Origin: Octopus vulgaris
Lineage: Eukaryota
Reading direction: 5' to 3'
Length of the DNA stretch: 64,000 bases
Assembly (NCBI GenBank): GCA_951406725.2
Contig: OX597821.1
Coordinates: forward strand, 11,656,001-11,720,000
The stretch's first letter is position 1. Each line of letters opens with the position of its first letter. The notes below the pieces were generated by a model. That model was given only the letters and a program-made list of their open reading frames with translations. It was not told the DNA's origin and did not search any database. A program made the translations under genes and the position numbers. This document shows, piece by piece, positions 41,135-56,011 of this stretch.

Positions 41135-41220
41135 GCACACACGCACGCACACACGCATATATATATATCGGAAAAAGTCGAGGTAGAAAATGCTAAAGTA
41201 ATTTTATAAAAAACACATTT

Positions 41221-41256
41221 CAGTACCGGTTTCGGTCATTGAGACCTTTTCAACTG
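41221..41256 (-). ncRNA. Minimal hammerhead variant (U3-A8 core) in a short TA-flanked fragment
   Basis: Reverse complement cag-TTGAAAA-ggtc(tcaat)gacc-GAAA-ccgg-TA-ctg. Confidence 0.7.
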
Positions 41257-41375
41257 TTAGTATGGAAAACAATTGAACTTTTGGAAAGAATTAAATTTTG
41301 GAAATATATGTGTTTGTGTATGTATGTATATGTAATATACATATGTAAATATCTACACACAAACACACAACGACA

Positions 41376-41432
<57 letters not shown>

Positions 41433-41488
41433 ATATATATATACATACACACATACATACATACATACATATATATATATATATTTTG

Positions 41489-41880
41489 CTCTTTTACTTG
41501 TTCCAGTCATTTGACTGCGGCCATGCTGGAGCACCGCCTTTAATCGAGCAACTCGACCCCGGGACTTATTCTTTTGTAAGCCCAGTACTTATTCTATCGG
41601 TCTCTTTTGCCGAACCGCTAAGTAACGGGGATATAAACACACCAGCATCGGTTGTCAAGCAATGCTAGAGGGACAAACACAGACACACAAACACACACAC
41701 GCATATATATATATATACATTTATACGACGGGCTTCTTTCAGTTTCCGTCTACCAAATCCACTCACAAGGCTTTGGTCGGCCCGAGGCTATAGTAGAAGA
41801 CACTTGCCCAAGGTGCTACGCAGTGGGACTGAACCCGGTACCATGTGGTTGGTAAACAAGCTACTTACCACAAAGCCACT
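41489..41880 (-). mobile_element. SINE family A
   Basis: High identity to 20945-21374. Confidence 0.9.
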
Positions 41881-42491
41881 ATCGAAACAGCTTCATTCAA
41901 ATTCCTGACGAAAGATTTCTGAACAATTGACTCGGAATGCTTACAACAGAAGAGATTGATGACGTTTTACAAGGAATGGTTGGTAGAGTTGAAGTAGGTG
42001 TTCACTGACACCCATACTTCTTCTTCTAGCTTTCACTTATAAATCTGCTGTGAGAATCAAGCTCGGTGTTTTACTGTGGTTTCGAACCCTACTCCACGTA
42101 TATGTAAAGCAAAATTCTTCGCCTGTACTCAGTATTGCAGTCTTAGCACGCTTGACTGATGAAAGAATTCTTTATAATTATACGCACTTACAAGCAAACG
42201 CTCACACGCGCGCATATACACTCACACACTAACAAAGTCACACACGCACACATACACGAAGACACACATATATACATGGAATTCAACTTCTGTTTCTTTC
42301 ATCTACCGAATTTACAAGGCTAATGGTTTTGCACACATAACGTGTGTTTAATGCCTAATATTTGAATGTTAATGGTACTTAATAGACTTGTGTAACATGT
42401 GTACGCATACGCATTCCTCCACATGTATCTGATTATAAGCATTAATATGTGTAAATATCATATTTATTGTACATAAGTTTATGTTGAATAC

Positions 42492-42574
<83 letters not shown>

Positions 42575-43083
42575 CTTCTGAATCTGTCCGTCTGTCTACG
42601 TCTCTGTTTTTGTCTGTCTGTCTGTATGTCTGTCTATCTCTCTATCACTCTACACACACATACACACACACACACACACACGTACGCACACACACACATG
42701 CTTTAACACATTTATGCACATATGTATTTACTTGCCGTGTCTCGATGAAGCCACAGGACCCATGGCAATTATAAAATCGTGAAGGGTGTTGAGTTAGATG
42801 CCGTTAACGTTCTTTTTAAAAATTTAACCAGAAAGACAGTGATGGAATCTCTGGGCGCTGATGTTTGCAGAGGGAACAATTGTGCGTGGTAATTAATCCA
42901 AAGCCTGAGGCCTGGGGCACAACAACGATTATAAGAGAAGTAAAAGGGATAGGAAAAGAAATGCTGGTGTGGCGTTTTTAGCTCTAAGGTGCAAAGATCA
43001 ATCTCGTACCAGTAAAAAGACACACACATATATATATATATATATGTATGTATATATATATATATACGTATATATATATACGT

Positions 43084-43126
<43 letters not shown>

Positions 43127-43259
43127 CATATATATGTATGTATATATGTATACATACATATATATATACACAATATACACACACATATGTACATAAATGC
43201 ATATATGTATATAAACACACACATGCACGCACACACGCACAGATACACGCACATATATA

Positions 43260-44094
43260 CAGGGTCAGATGGCTTAATTTTTTAATTTCGCGCATTAGCA
43301 ATGTTTGCTTTTATTTTATCGACTACACCGTGTAGTAGGGTTACTTGGGTACCGTCTCTGAGAAAACTGGTACCATAACGCAGTTCGCTCTGCCAGAAAT
43401 TTGGAAACAACATGCTGTACTGCTTGGCATTCGCGCCAGAAGCTACAATACAAACATTTCAGAGTGTCTGGTTGTCAATCTGAGCACAGTGCATTCTGAG
43501 GACATGTACCGAGAGTGATAAAAATCAAACATCCAGTCAATATCATAGTGTTTGCAGTGGTCGCTTCTGATGGCGACGTTATGCCAGCATTCATCTTACC
43601 ACACGGCCTCACACTCAACACAGAGGCCTAATCAAATGCCTGGGTCAAGAGGGTTAGTGCAGGACGACCCTATGTCTGGCAACATGCCGCACAAGCAAGA
43701 ATACCCACTCATGGCTTTCAGACAATTTCAGCGACCACATCACCCCTAACATTTGGCCAACTAACTCCACATACTGTAACCACTTGATTCATTATGTGTG
43801 GGGCGTAGTTGAACGAGAGACTAAGAAAACTCTTTGTAACACGAAAGATGAACTGAAGGATTACGGTAGCATTCACCAATTTAAACAACGAGATCGTCCA
43901 AAAGAGTTGCAGGAGATTTGGAAGTCGTCTGGAAGTCGTGGTTGAAGCCAATGGCGATTTTCTTGAATAAATTAACTCTTTAGTATTTCAAGATGTTTTA
44001 TGTAATTTTGGTAAATATATGTGTTAAAATGAGATGTCAGTGTTTTTTTTTTTATTTTGCGTAATTTAGATGTCAATTCATTTAGCGCAACCTG
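43260..44094 (+). mobile_element. Degenerate Tc1/mariner (maT/DD37D-like) element
   Basis: TA-flanked cagg...cctg ends. Remnants WPTNSTYCNHLIHYVWGVVERETKK and CRRFGSRLEVVVEANGDF. Confidence 0.75.
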
Positions 44095-44419
44095 TATATA
44101 TAAGTAAACGTCGAACAATGTGAATGAGTGCTGAACAGAGCTTAGCTGGATAAAGAGTCTTTATTTGTGTATTAAGGCTAACGTTGGTTTTATGTTAAAA
44201 AGTATCTTAACAATATTTCATGCAGATCACACGGAGAAAATTGGCGTTCGTCTCCATTTTTTATTACAACACGAAAATCATGGGGATTCACAAAAAAGTC
44301 TCGCAAGAATTTTTGGTAAGGAAAAAAAAAAAAACATCGGCGCGGAGATGACTCTTAAGTAAAAACGTTTGCGTAATTATTTCCCTTGGGTTAAACGTTT
44401 TGAAAAATACTGAGCTGAA

Positions 44420-44461
<42 letters not shown>

Positions 44462-44626
44462 GTGTGTGCGTATGTATGTTTGTATGGATGGAGGGGGGAA
44501 GTGGTATAGGTGCGGTCGCGATATCTTGGTGAATATCTTCTATCGTAGCCTGTGGCCAAATAAAGAATTGATTCGTTTGACTTAAACTCTTTGCGGTGTT
44601 GCCCCAGTAAAATAAGAAATGCGCAT

Positions 44627-44708
<82 letters not shown>

Positions 44709-45628
44709 TTGTACACATGCAAATATATGAACATATATATAAATATAGGCGTATGTGCGTGTGTCTGTGTGTTGCGGTTGTTTAGCTACATATCAACCAT
44801 AGTCAAATAAACCTACGATAAAATTTTCCTCTATTTATCTCCATCTTACATTTTTGTGTAGCGAGAATTACGTTTCGTACAGTGTCCTTTATTTTTTCTT
44901 TCTCGTATCTGTAAGTTGTCATTTGATCGAATATATAGCATCTTTCTCTTTGAAATATAATCATAAATTCTCTTGTTATGGTGTGAGAGAAGAGAAATAC
45001 AAAAACAAGTACAGTAAACCAAGAAATAAAGTGTCTTCTCTAAGTAGATTTATTGATTATTTTTCAATCGTTCCTCTATATTATTTTGCGATATGGACTG
45101 TATTGATCATTGGTTCCTTCCTTTAGCTCTCACGTCCTTATGAAGTCGTGGAGGCGTTTTAAGATAAGGCGTGTCTAGGACATTTTAAAGCTGATTTCAT
45201 ACATAGAAAGAAAGTGACAGAGAAGAAAAGAGAAAGAAGAAAAAACAAAGAAGACCAGTAACGACAGCAACAGGAACAAGATGAAAAGAAAAGTGTAGGG
45301 AAGAAAATGGAAACAACAAATGAAATAAAGAAGAGGAAGAAGTAGAAAGTGAAGGACAAGAAAAAGAAGAAGAAAAAGAAGAAGAAGAAGAAGAAGAAGA
45401 AGAAGAAGAAGAAGAAGAAGAAGAAGAAGAAGAAGAAGAAGAAGAAGAAGAAGAAGAAGAAGAAGAAAGATCGATTATTGTACCTGTAATTGATTTGATC
45501 GACCATAAAATTATGAAAGGCAAAAGGAAAGAATTTGAACGCAGAAGGACGAAGCGTCAGTACGATGACTCTGAGTCACACCACTTCAACGTTTCTAACG
45601 ACTAGCAAAGCAGCATCGTTACGTACAA

Positions 45629-45677
<49 letters not shown>

Positions 45678-45747
45678 GCCGCTACTAATACTACCACCAT
45701 CACCACTGCTACTACTACTACTACTAATACTACCACCATCACCACTA

Positions 45748-45782
<35 letters not shown>

Positions 45783-46784
45783 ACTACTACCACTACTACT
45801 ACTGCTGCTGCTGCTGCTACTACTACTACTACTACTACTAATACTAATACTACTACTGCTGCTGCTGCTACTACTGCTACTACTACTACTACTACCGTAT
45901 TACCAAATATCATTTTACTCTGATGCAAATCTGTATTTTAAAATCTCATTAAATCTTGGCAGTCGGCATGTACTAACATTACCAATTACTCAACACACTT
46001 ACAAAACAGAGTTTGTAAGTGATATAAAGTGAATTGATACGATCAGCGGCCATGAGGAAAAGCCGAATCATCAGATAAAACGAGTAAATTAACTGCCTGA
46101 GAGATTTATACTTGATATATGTCAATGTACCATGACGTATACCATATCGCTAGTCACATAATTTCCCTGTTATACCTATTTGATTCATATTTTCCCCCTT
46201 TTATGTTTCCGTATCTTGATGTTGTGCCAATAAACCATTACAGTAAGAGAGGAGAGCCTCTTCATTTATTTGCTTGAAAGGTTCCTCGGGTATTTCAAGA
46301 TGAAAGTGGTACAGTTCAATGTTGACCAATTAAGGCTGAGGTTAGTTTTGGGATCAAGTCTCTTTGTCTTTGGATCGAATCCAATATACGTTTCCAGGTC
46401 ACTTCCTAATCGCTGCAGACTTAAGCCGAAGCCAAGTCTTTTGTTTGTGACAGCGAATCAGCGAATCAACGTCTTGCGAAGCGATGTGGTTAGATGAGAA
46501 TATGTGTACGCGCAAGCGCATGCTCACGTGCATGTGTGTGTGTGTGTGTGTATGTGTGAATGTATGTGTATGTGTGTACGTGCGTATGTGCAAAGAAGAA
46601 TATGTGCACATGGATATTTATGTATGAGCGTATGTGTGTATTGGTGCGCACATGTTTGAGTGTATATATATGAAGAAACGCAGCAATCTTTCTATCTATC
46701 TATCTATTTATCTATCTGTCTGTCTGAGTGTCTGTCTGTATGTCTTCATACACATACACACACATCTATGTGCATATATGCTTA

Positions 46785-46819
<35 letters not shown>

Positions 46820-46858
46820 GCGGATATGCACGGACACAGAAAGTGAAAGACGTATAAT

Positions 46859-46928
<70 letters not shown>

Positions 46929-47312
46929 TATATATATATATATGTATGTATGTATATATATATATATATATGCGCATGCGCTCGTGTGAATTCATATATT
47001 TCAACATACCTAATAATATACATATGTTACCCATTTATATGTCTATGTATATGTATATATTTACGTGTGTATATTTATACACTAATACGCACACTAATAC
47101 GAATATGTATTTACACATAAGCATATATACAGGGATAAGAAATGTATATATGCATATATGCACATTTACGTATACATGCGCGCACACACACGACAGATAT
47201 ATATATATATATGTAAAATGTACTTTTATACTTATAAACACACATGCATATATATATATGTACGCCTGCACGTATGTATGCATAAATCTATCTTCCACTC
47301 CCTCGGTATATA

Positions 47313-47358
<46 letters not shown>

Positions 47359-47380
47359 GTGTGTGTGTGTGTATACCTTT

Positions 47381-47412
<32 letters not shown>

Positions 47413-47430
47413 GCGTGTGTGTATACATTT

Positions 47431-47463
<33 letters not shown>

Positions 47464-47492
47464 ATATTATATTATATTATATTATATTATGC

Positions 47493-47527
<35 letters not shown>

Positions 47528-48728
47528 CGGCTCGCACGCACTTATGTATAGATATGACAATAACTTTCTCTGATATTATATAAAACATTCAAAACGATTG
47601 TGTTCATAAAGACTGCACAAGAGACGAAATTTACTCTCCACCCTCCACCCAGCGCTTTTAACGTGATTTAATTAGAAAAATCACATAAACGAATATATAT
47701 CCCTCCTCGATACTCTGTTTATATATATATTTATTTATATATTTCTCTTCAACGGCCATTATACAATTCTCTGTTCATTTTTCAAGCCGTACCAACGAAA
47801 TAGCCATATTAGCTATTTAGCTATCTTTGATCTTCGGAACTACAGACTGTAAAGAGATAGAAAATTATGTGAGATACTGAATACGTAATATTTTTTTTTA
47901 AATCCCCGAGTACTCTTTGTATTAATTCAACAACTACTGTCAACGACTATTGCAACCTCTGCATCTATTGTATATCAATTTTCTAACGATGTAACTGTAA
48001 AACAGCATGCTTGAAAATATGTTTGTACATACACGAGCTTATACATTTAGGTCCACATATATGTACATACGAGGAAATAAAAAAGAATATAATGTCTTGT
48101 TCTGTTAGATATTAACATGTGTATCTCTTCACGATGGATTTGGTTTTCTCTATAAAAACCTATTTAATCTTTATATGATTAAATGGTGTATGTAATACTT
48201 CTGTGCGCATGTATATAAATATGCACATGCACACAAATATATATTGAGGACATGATATAGATACACACACACACAACTATAGATAGCTAGATACATATAT
48301 GAATATATGATAAGCGTGTGTGTGTAAACATATATATGTACATACATATATACACAGATATATGTATATACACACACTTATATATTTATATTTATATTTA
48401 CGTATATATTTACATGTACATATATATTTATATTTATGCATGTATATATGTGTATATATATATAAATTATGTACATATATATGTATGTATATGCATATTA
48501 TATGTATGTATATACATATACTTATATATTTACATATACCTATATATATATATCTATACATGTATATATGTATATATATATATAACTATATACTTATATA
48601 TATGAATGTATATACATATATATACACAAATATATCTATATACACACACGTATATATTCTTATTTAAACATATGTATACATATATATATACAAAGCAATA
48701 CATTAATTATCTATGTACATTACATGTG

Positions 48729-48767
<39 letters not shown>

Positions 48768-48768
48768 T

Positions 48769-48802
<34 letters not shown>

Positions 48803-49605
48803 ATATACATATACATATATATATATATACACACATATATATATATATATACATAGTTATGTGTGTGTGCATATGTGTGTATACATATAGATACATATAA
48901 ATTTATATACACACTCATTTATATATTCAAAAACCATATATATTTATAAGTATTATGCATCTATGTGTGTATATGTGTGTATATCTGTCTATGTTTCTAT
49001 GTGTGCATATTGTATACACATGCATATGTGTGCAACGCGCGTGTGTGGGGGAATGCGTGCCTGTAAACATACACGCACTAACAGGTATAGAAATGCATGT
49101 AAACCCCTTAAACAGAAATATACATATGCGTATTAATGTACATACATGTGTGGGTGTGTTTCGAGTATGTGACTTCGTGGTTGATGTAATCGCCTTTGTG
49201 AATTTATCAAAAAAACGCCTGCATCCATGCAGTCATTAATTCCTCTCCCGCCCCACCCATCCAACACCCTTGCACCCTGACATCCATGCATTCAGACATC
49301 CATCCATCTATCCCTCCATGTATCTATCATACACATACTCATTTACTCATAAATGTATGCATACAGAATTTCATGTCAAAAATTAATTAATTATTTTATT
49401 AATTAATTAATAAATTAATTAGTTAATTGATTAATTCTATGGGCAGTTCAAAATATTTTTGAATAATTTGATATGTAAAGTACAAGAAGTTATTATTTTA
49501 TATATATATATATATATGAATATCTATCTGTGTATATATATGTGTATATATGTATGTTTATATGTATATATATATATATGTTTCTATGAATATATATTCG
49601 TATAC

Positions 49606-49745
49606 GAAGGCGCGATGCTAAGTGGTAGTGTATTCGGTTCATGCTCGTAAGATCGTGAGTTCAATTCCTGTAAACGACTTGTAGCCTTTGAGCAAGGCAC
49701 TTTATTTCACGTTACTACAGTCCACTCAACTGGTAAAAATGACTG
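49606..49745 (+). mobile_element. SINE family D 5' fragment
   Basis: Similar to 60464-60610. Confidence 0.7.
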
Positions 49746-49974
49746 AATATCTCGTTGAGAGATTTACAAATAGTAATTTTCTTTTAAAATTTCTGGTCAT
49801 AACTTTCGTTTATAATAAAAACGGGACACGAAATTGTAGGCTATACTTGACTGAGACAATCAACGATATTACTGAACATAGAGGCCTGAGATATTTTCTA
49901 TCTGCCGTTGACAGTAACCATTTCTTTTTATCAACTTCTCCTGTCCAAAGTGATCATGGAATAGCATAGTGATC

Positions 49975-50402
49975 ATAGGCGCAGGAATGACTATAGGCAC
50001 AGGAGTGACTATAGGCAGAGGAGTGACTGTGTGGTAAATAGCTTGCTTACCAACCACATGGTTTCGGGTTCAGTCCTACTGCGTGGAACCTTGGGCAAGT
50101 GTTTTCAATTATAGCCTCGGGCCGACCAAGTGAGTGAATCTGATAGACGGAAACTGAAAGAATCCCGTCGTATATGTGTGTGTGTGTGTGTATGTGTTTG
50201 TGTGTCTGTGTTTGTCCCCCGAACATCGCTTAACAACCGATGCTTGTGATTTTAGGTTACCGTACCTTAGCTGTTCGGCAAATAAGTACTAGGCTAGAAT
50301 AAGTCCTGGGCTTAAAAAGAATAAGTCCTGGGCTCCATTTGCTCGACTAAAGGCGGTGCCCCAACATGGCCGCAGTCAAATGACTGAATCAAATAAAAGA
50401 AT
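49975..50402 (+). mobile_element. SINE family A with 18-bp 5'-end tandem reiteration
   Basis: ataggcgcaggaatgact-like unit repeated 3 times before the SINE body. Confidence 0.85.
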
Positions 50403-51321
50403 ATATGACAAACCACGACAATTACACTGGGACCTCCACCCCTATCATCTGCCTAAACCAGAATGTCTATATTTGTTATTCGGTATTTAAAGCCACCAGC
50501 TGAATAAATTTGATCCATATGAGGTTCAAACTTATTACCATTTTATGTATTTTGACTAATGGTTAACCACTTAACTGGTGACTGAACGATAAAAATATTC
50601 TTTCCCATTGATTTCATCTCTGCCTAAGAAGGTAAAATACTGAGTAGCATCGGAGTAGTGAATCATAAACATTTTCTAATGAATATAATGCCTACATCGT
50701 ATGTTGAGTAAAAGATACAAGGCCTCTCGCACGCACAGGCACACCCAATATATATATATATATATATATTTGTGTGTATATGTGTGTGTGTGTACGTATG
50801 TGTGCGTGTGCGCGTTTGTGTGTGTGTGTGTGTGTGTACGGGAAAATCATAAAATATCGAAATTAGCATAAATAAGCGACAGAGACTCGAAGAACATTTT
50901 CAGCTTCATTTTTGTAGACTTGTCTTTGTGCGACGAAAATAAAGACTATTTCATCTCTACTAGTCGTTTTTTTACTTTCTCTCCTCCTTATATATATCCA
51001 TGGACGTGTGTTGTGTTTGTGGGTGGGTATAATATATTGTAATATAATATACATTGCTATATTCGTATATAATATATATATATATATATTTGCATACGTA
51101 TACAGCTGTCTACCCATGTGCGTGTGTGTGCGTATGTGTGTGTATTTGTGTGTGCGCATATATATATATATTTCGGTGTGTGGTAAAGTAAATTATTTTA
51201 CTGAACCCTAATTATATAACGTAATGTTCTAAATATACCGTAAATGGAACACTACTTGGTAAAATTAATAATTAATTAATTTTACCCTTTTATTATTGAT
51301 ATATATATATATATATATATC

Positions 51322-53263
51322 AATAAAGTTGTTGGATCAAGTAATGAAGGTCACGCAGAGCATCATAGCCCAACTAATTAGGGAGAGAGTCAATTAAGAT
51401 GGGATGCAGTTTAGGTTCGTACCAGGGAAAAGCACCACTGATGCTATGTTTCTGGTAAGAAAGTTGCAGGAGAAATACCTAGCCAAAGATAAACCTCTGT
51501 ACCTGGCTTTCGTTGACATAGAGAAAGCCTTTGACAGGGTCCCCCCATTAATTATCTGGTGATCAATCAGGAAACTAGGGATAGATGAATGGTTATTGAG
51601 AGCTGTGCAAGCCATGTACAGGGATGCTGTCAGTAAGGTGAGGATTGGCAACGAGTACAATGAAGAATTCCGGGTGGAGGTAGGGGTCCACCAAGGTTCA
51701 GTCCTCAGCCCCCTCTTATATATCATAGTCCTCTAGTCAATAACAGAGGAATTCAAGAAAAATTGTCCCTAGGAGGTACTCTATGCTGATGACCTTGATC
51801 TAATTGCTGAGTCACTAAGCGAGCTACAGGAGAAGTTTCAGGTGTGGAAGCAAGGATTAGAATCGAAAGGCCTTAGAGTCAACCTAACTATAACCAAAGT
51901 CCGAATAAGTAGGAAGGCAGACAAACCACAAATCCCTACAGGTAGATGGTCCTGCTCAATCTGTAGAAATGGCGTAGGTAGAAACTCTATAAGATATACC
52001 CAGTGTAAGCTATGGACACATAAGAGGTGCAGCAATATCAAAAGAAGGCTAAATGGGAAGATAGTTTTTGTATGTGGCAGATGCGCAGGAGCAATAAACA
52101 CTGAAAATGTGCAGAGAACAACTTCCGCCACATCCCAGGGAGAAAAACTAGAAGTAGTTGATAGCTGCCGTTACCTAGGTGAACAAGTCAGTAGCGGTGG
52201 TGGGTGCAATGAAAGAGTAGCTGATAGAATAAGAATAGCCTGGGCAAAGTTCAGAGAACTCTTACTTCTGCTGGTGACAAAGGGCCTCTCGCTCAGAGTA
52301 AAAGGCAGACAGTATGACGCATGTGTACGAACAGCCATGCTACATGGCAGTGAAACATGGGTTGTGACTGTTGAGGACATGCGTAAGCTTTCAAGGAATG
52401 AAGCCAGTATGCTCCGCCGGATGTGTAATGTCAGTGTGCATACTCGAGAGAGTGTAAGTACCTTCAGAGAAAAGTTGGACCTAAGAAGCCTCAGATGTGG
52501 TGTGCAAGAGAGACGACTGCGCTGGTCTGCTCATGTGGTGAGAATGGATGAGGAAAGCTGTGTGAAAAAGTGTCACACCCTAGCGTTTGAGGGAACCTGT
52601 GGAATAGGTAGACCCAGGAAGACCTGGGATAAGGTTGGGAAGCACGGCCTTCGAACATTAGGCTTCAACGAGACAATGACTAGTGAGCGAATCTTATGGA
52701 GATATCCTGTGCTTGAGAAGACCCGGCAAACCAAGTGTGCCCATAACCCGTGCCCTATGTCAGGGTGTAACTAGCCCACTTATGCGTAACTTTCCTTCAT
52801 TGGACACTAAACTCTGCTTGCAAAGACTTTTTGAGGCAAGTGAAATCGAAATCGAAATCAAATTCGGTGACTAGCATGCGTGCTAGTAGAGCGCTAAGAG
52901 CACCATCCGAGCGTGGTCGTTGCCAGAGCAGCTGACTGGCTTCCGTGCCGGTGGCACATATAAAGAACCATTCGAGCGTAATCGTTACCAGCGTCTCCTT
53001 ACTGGCACTTGTGCCGGTGGCACGGGAAAATCAACATTCGAGCGAGGTCGTTGCCAGTGCCGCTGGACTGGCTTCAGTGCAGGTGGCACGTAAAAGCACC
53101 CACTACACTATCGGAGCAGTTGACTTTAGGAATGGCATCCAGCTGTAGAAACTCTGCCAGATCAGATTGGAGCCTGGTGCAGTAATCTGGTTAGCCAGTC
53201 CTCAGTCAAATCGTTCAACCCATGCCAGCATGGAAAGCGGACGTTAAACGATGATGATGATGA
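51322..53263 (+). mobile_element. 5'-truncated RTE-clade LINE (RT pseudogene plus 3' UTR)
   Basis: QFRFVPGKSTTDAMF..LYLAFVDIEKAFDRVP, GVHQGSVLSPLL, LYADDL, AMLHGSETW, GRPRKTW. In-frame stops. 3' end ggacgttaaac(gat)n. Confidence 0.93.
52875..53100 (+). repeat. ~65-bp tandem hairpin repeats in the RTE 3' UTR
   Basis: cgagcg..tcgttgccag-N9/10-ctggc..gtgccggtggcac at ~52908, 52974 and 53038. Confidence 0.8.
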
Positions 53264-54327
53264 AATATGGTTGAAACCTGAATTTTCCATGTATTATTAT
53301 CACCTTATGTAGTAAATATAACAGTGTACTTATCAGTGGATCCTAAACCGCCGGCATAGTGTTAGATTCATAGAATTAACACTTTATTTTTGTGTTTTAT
53401 ATTATTTATATTTATATCATATCAATTGTCCAGTTTGAGGCCAAATCTCGAACTGAAGAAATATATTACAAAAGGAAAAGGTGCTTCGATATATGTGATA
53501 GGAGAAAGAAAGAGAGAGAAAGAGAGAGATATATAGATATGAAGAGGTAAAAGAGTTGATGGGAAAACGGAATAGGAAAAACTCACATCATACTTCAACA
53601 TTTAAAAACTTTTCTTTTCATTCGTATATAATAAAATGACTACTCGAATACTGTGTAATTTTTCGGTTTCAATTATAGGTTTTACGCCGATATTCAAGTA
53701 GAGAAATACGCAATTACTGAAACAGCATTTCTGTTATTATTGCTTCCTTTATAGCATTTAATGTTGCTGCTATCTATTTATTTGAAGAGAAATGTACGTA
53801 TTCTATATTTTTTTTTCGCACGTTCAACAATCGGTTTGGTAAACTTTCAAGAAATAACTTATTATTAGGATCCACATGAAATATTTAAAAAAATAAAATT
53901 AATGCTCGTATATCAAATAGAGGGGCAGTGCTTTAATGCTACAGTAAGACGACTGTGCGCTGTGTAAAAAAAGAAAGCAATAAAAAAACAAAAAACACAA
54001 AAAAAGAGAATAAAATGAAATATAAAACATTAGACAGCGAGAAATATTTTTACAGTAATTTTTGCATGTAGGCACTTTAAGGATTGTGTGACTAAACAAA
54101 TCACTTTGCAGATACATCGTATCGGGTTTAGCTCCGTTGCGTGGAACTTCGGGCCAAGGGTTTTTTCAATATTTCCAAGTGGACTATAGTTTTGATGTCC
54201 TGTGACTGGGTTCGATATACTGAAAATCAGAAAAGATCGTCATGTGTGTACAAGTGTATATATGTGTATACGTACATACATAACGTATTCAAAGTATGTA
54301 TATACATAGTTAATATATATATATCTG

Positions 54328-54402
<75 letters not shown>

Positions 54403-54581
54403 ATATATATATGTATGTATATATGTATATATATATGTATGTATATGTATATATATATTTATGTATATATGTATAGTCACACAATCCTTATATATTATTA
54501 TCGAGTTAGAAAACAGAAATCTAATGGATACAATTTAATTTATTAATTAATATATTTACTTACGATTGTTTTATTGATATG

Positions 54582-54830
54582 GGTGCAGGAGTGGCTGTGT
54601 TGTAAGTAGCTTGCTTACGAATCACATGGTTCCACTTTCAGTCTCACCGCGTGGCACTCAGGCAGACCAAAGCCTTGCGAATGGATTTGGTAGACAGCCG
54701 CTTGATAACCGATGTTGGCGTGTCTGAGTCACCGTAAGTTAGCGGTTCGGCAAAAGAGGCGGATGGAATAAGTACTACACTTGCAAAGAATAAGTCCTGG
54801 GGTCGACTTGCTCGATTAAAATAGGTGGCT
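54582..54830 (+). mobile_element. SINE family A, internally deleted
   Basis: Head and tail are joined without the microsatellite. Confidence 0.8.
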
Positions 54831-55193
54831 GCTGGCGTTAAATAACGTTAGATATTAAAAGTTATATTTATCATAAGGGCACACGAAGCACCTACCAGCT
54901 GGAATGTGGAGTTAAATCCTTCTATTTAACCACCAATGACACTGAAAAATTCAACAGATAACAACAGTAGCCAGGCAAACGACCAAAACAAAAAAATTGA
55001 CATACCTTCATAGCTTAATGTTATATAATTTGGTATTTTGGATATACTTCTATCATAATTTCGAGTTTTGGCGAACAATATAGCATTAAGCTGTTATGGC
55101 ACGTCAATTTTTTTCTCTTTGTTTGCGCGACTACTGTTGTTATCTGTTGAGTTTTTCAGTGACATTGGTGGTTGAGTTGAGGCTTTTAACTTA

Positions 55194-55256
<63 letters not shown>

Positions 55257-55260
<4 letters not shown>

Positions 55261-55499
55261 GTTGCTGCACAATTATTGCGGCATCTTTTCAACAAGTTTT
55301 ATTCAACAAAAATAATTACATGTTACAAAACCATCCTTAAATGATTATTCGGGAGCATGTTCACCATCTACTTCAACTATTGCTTCCCATTTGCTTGGCA
55401 AATGGTCAGACCGTCATTTGAAGAAGTTTTAGTAATTTTGTTATTGTTTTTCTTGAATAAAATTTGTTGAAAAAACCGTAATAATTATGCACCAAACCA
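55257..55499. mobile_element. Mariner-derived MITE
   Basis: Imperfect TIRs ttgggttgctgcacaattattgcgg / ccgtaataattatgcaccaaacca. Remnant LPSKWEAIVEVDGEH on the minus strand. Confidence 0.7.
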
Positions 55500-55551
55500 G
55501 CACACACATACACACACACATCACACACACATACACATATGTATGTATGTA

Positions 55552-55610
<59 letters not shown>

Positions 55611-55832
55611 CTGTATGTGCATGACTCTATGTGTGTGTGTGTCTTTGTGCATGTTTTTATTCACCTTCACCACTTAGCAACCGCTGTTGGTCTTCTTATG
55701 TCCCCCTAACTGATAAGTTCGGCAAAAGAGATAATACAATAAGTAACAGACTTAGAAACAAGTACAGGGGCGTTTGAAACCTACAAGGCGGTGTGCATCA
55801 ATGGCCGTATCCCATTTGCTGAAACAAGTAAC

Positions 55833-55895
<63 letters not shown>

Positions 55896-55929
55896 TGTAT
55901 ATGTATGTATGTATATGTATATATATAAG

Positions 55930-55976
<47 letters not shown>

Positions 55977-56011
55977 TTATTTATATATTTATACACACAC
56001 AAACATTTTTT

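Noticed and set aside
42740-42960. Homeodomain-site-rich unique segment (possible enhancer)
   Set aside because: Such motifs are expected by chance in AT-rich DNA; cross-species alignment would be needed.
45535-46032. Poly-Leu/poly-Val 'membrane protein' ORFs (also 4553-5011, 18654-19125, 30902-31372)
   Set aside because: They are trinucleotide microsatellites (CTA/CTG/GAA).
52875-53100. CRISPR-like repeat/spacer array
   Set aside because: It lies within a eukaryotic RTE 3' UTR, the units are diverged whole repeats, and no cas genes are present.
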